Shown here one piece after another: positions 63,591 through 64,000 of a DNA stretch of 64,000 bases (within the stretch, counting starts at the first letter, position 1; each line of letters starts with the position of its first letter). Origin of the DNA: Pocillopora damicornis (taxonomy: Eukaryota); NCBI RefSeq assembly GCF_003704095.1, contig NW_020846834.1:62001-126000 (forward strand), written 5' to 3'. The notes beneath the pieces were generated by a model that saw nothing but the letters and a program-made list of their open reading frames with translations, searched no databases and was not told the DNA's origin. A program made the translations under genes and the position numbers.

Positions 63591-63824
63591 AGGCCGGTTT
63601 GCTGAAAACAAGATTAGACTAACCCAGGACTAGAGCACGTTTCATAAAGTTCACTAACTTTGATGACAGTCTAAACGTAGATACTTTGTTTCCCTTAGTT
63701 TTTCCTAATTGTCAGACAGACCTCAAATTGTCAGCACAACCAAACGTTTTTATGCAACAGAGCAAAAATCAAGGTTTAATTTTAATCCTGGATAAGCGCT
63801 AACCGCCTTTCAAATAACCGGCCC
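63591..63824. mobile_element. MITE with GGCCGGTT...AACCGGCC termini
   Basis: GGCCGGTTTGCTGAAA ... TTTCAAATAACCGGCC, with subterminal CTAACCCAGGA / TCCTGGATAAG inverted motifs. Confidence 0.65.
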
Positions 63825-64000
63825 GAAGATTCGAGTAAACGTGACTAAGCAAAGAATTAGCACAAAAAGACAGCACAAAAGATACAGATTTTAGACATTA
63901 TACCCCATTCACACTAGCAAAACATGATTAGTAAAACCGGGTTTAACTGAATGAAAATCAGAAGCAGAGAAAAGAAAACTGAATTTTCCATAGTTTACAG

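Overview
AT-rich animal genomic scaffold with spliceosomal introns and four N-gaps. The repeat families look like those of a stony coral or other cnidarian (inferred from memory, not searched). Three intact protein-coding genes are well supported: a 3-exon ADP-ribosylhydrolase ARH3/ADPRS (minus strand, 350 aa); an intronless ~298-aa orphan with a mitochondrial-targeting-like N-terminus, head-to-head with ARH3 and starting only ~150 bp away; and a single-coding-exon Sprouty (plus strand) with an eroded N-terminal half of its Cys-rich domain. A ~10.5-kb layered 47-bp satellite (13.8-24.3 kb) contains a higher-order duplication, a short inversion, a nested element, and a 5'-truncated CRE-like restriction-endonuclease retrotransposon. 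That insertion has a 15-bp target-site duplication (TSD), and its empty site is visible in the duplicated block. Two short Penelope-like insertions with TSDs (56.8-58.2 kb) carry hammerhead ribozyme motifs, one of which looks intact. The first ~11.6 kb appears to hold decayed genes: a HAUS2-like spliced relic with a multi-pass membrane-protein relic inside its intron. Many MITEs, a 167-bp minisatellite and a candidate small two-exon gene (~52.1-52.7 kb) are also present. No CRISPR array, rRNA or bona fide tRNA was found.
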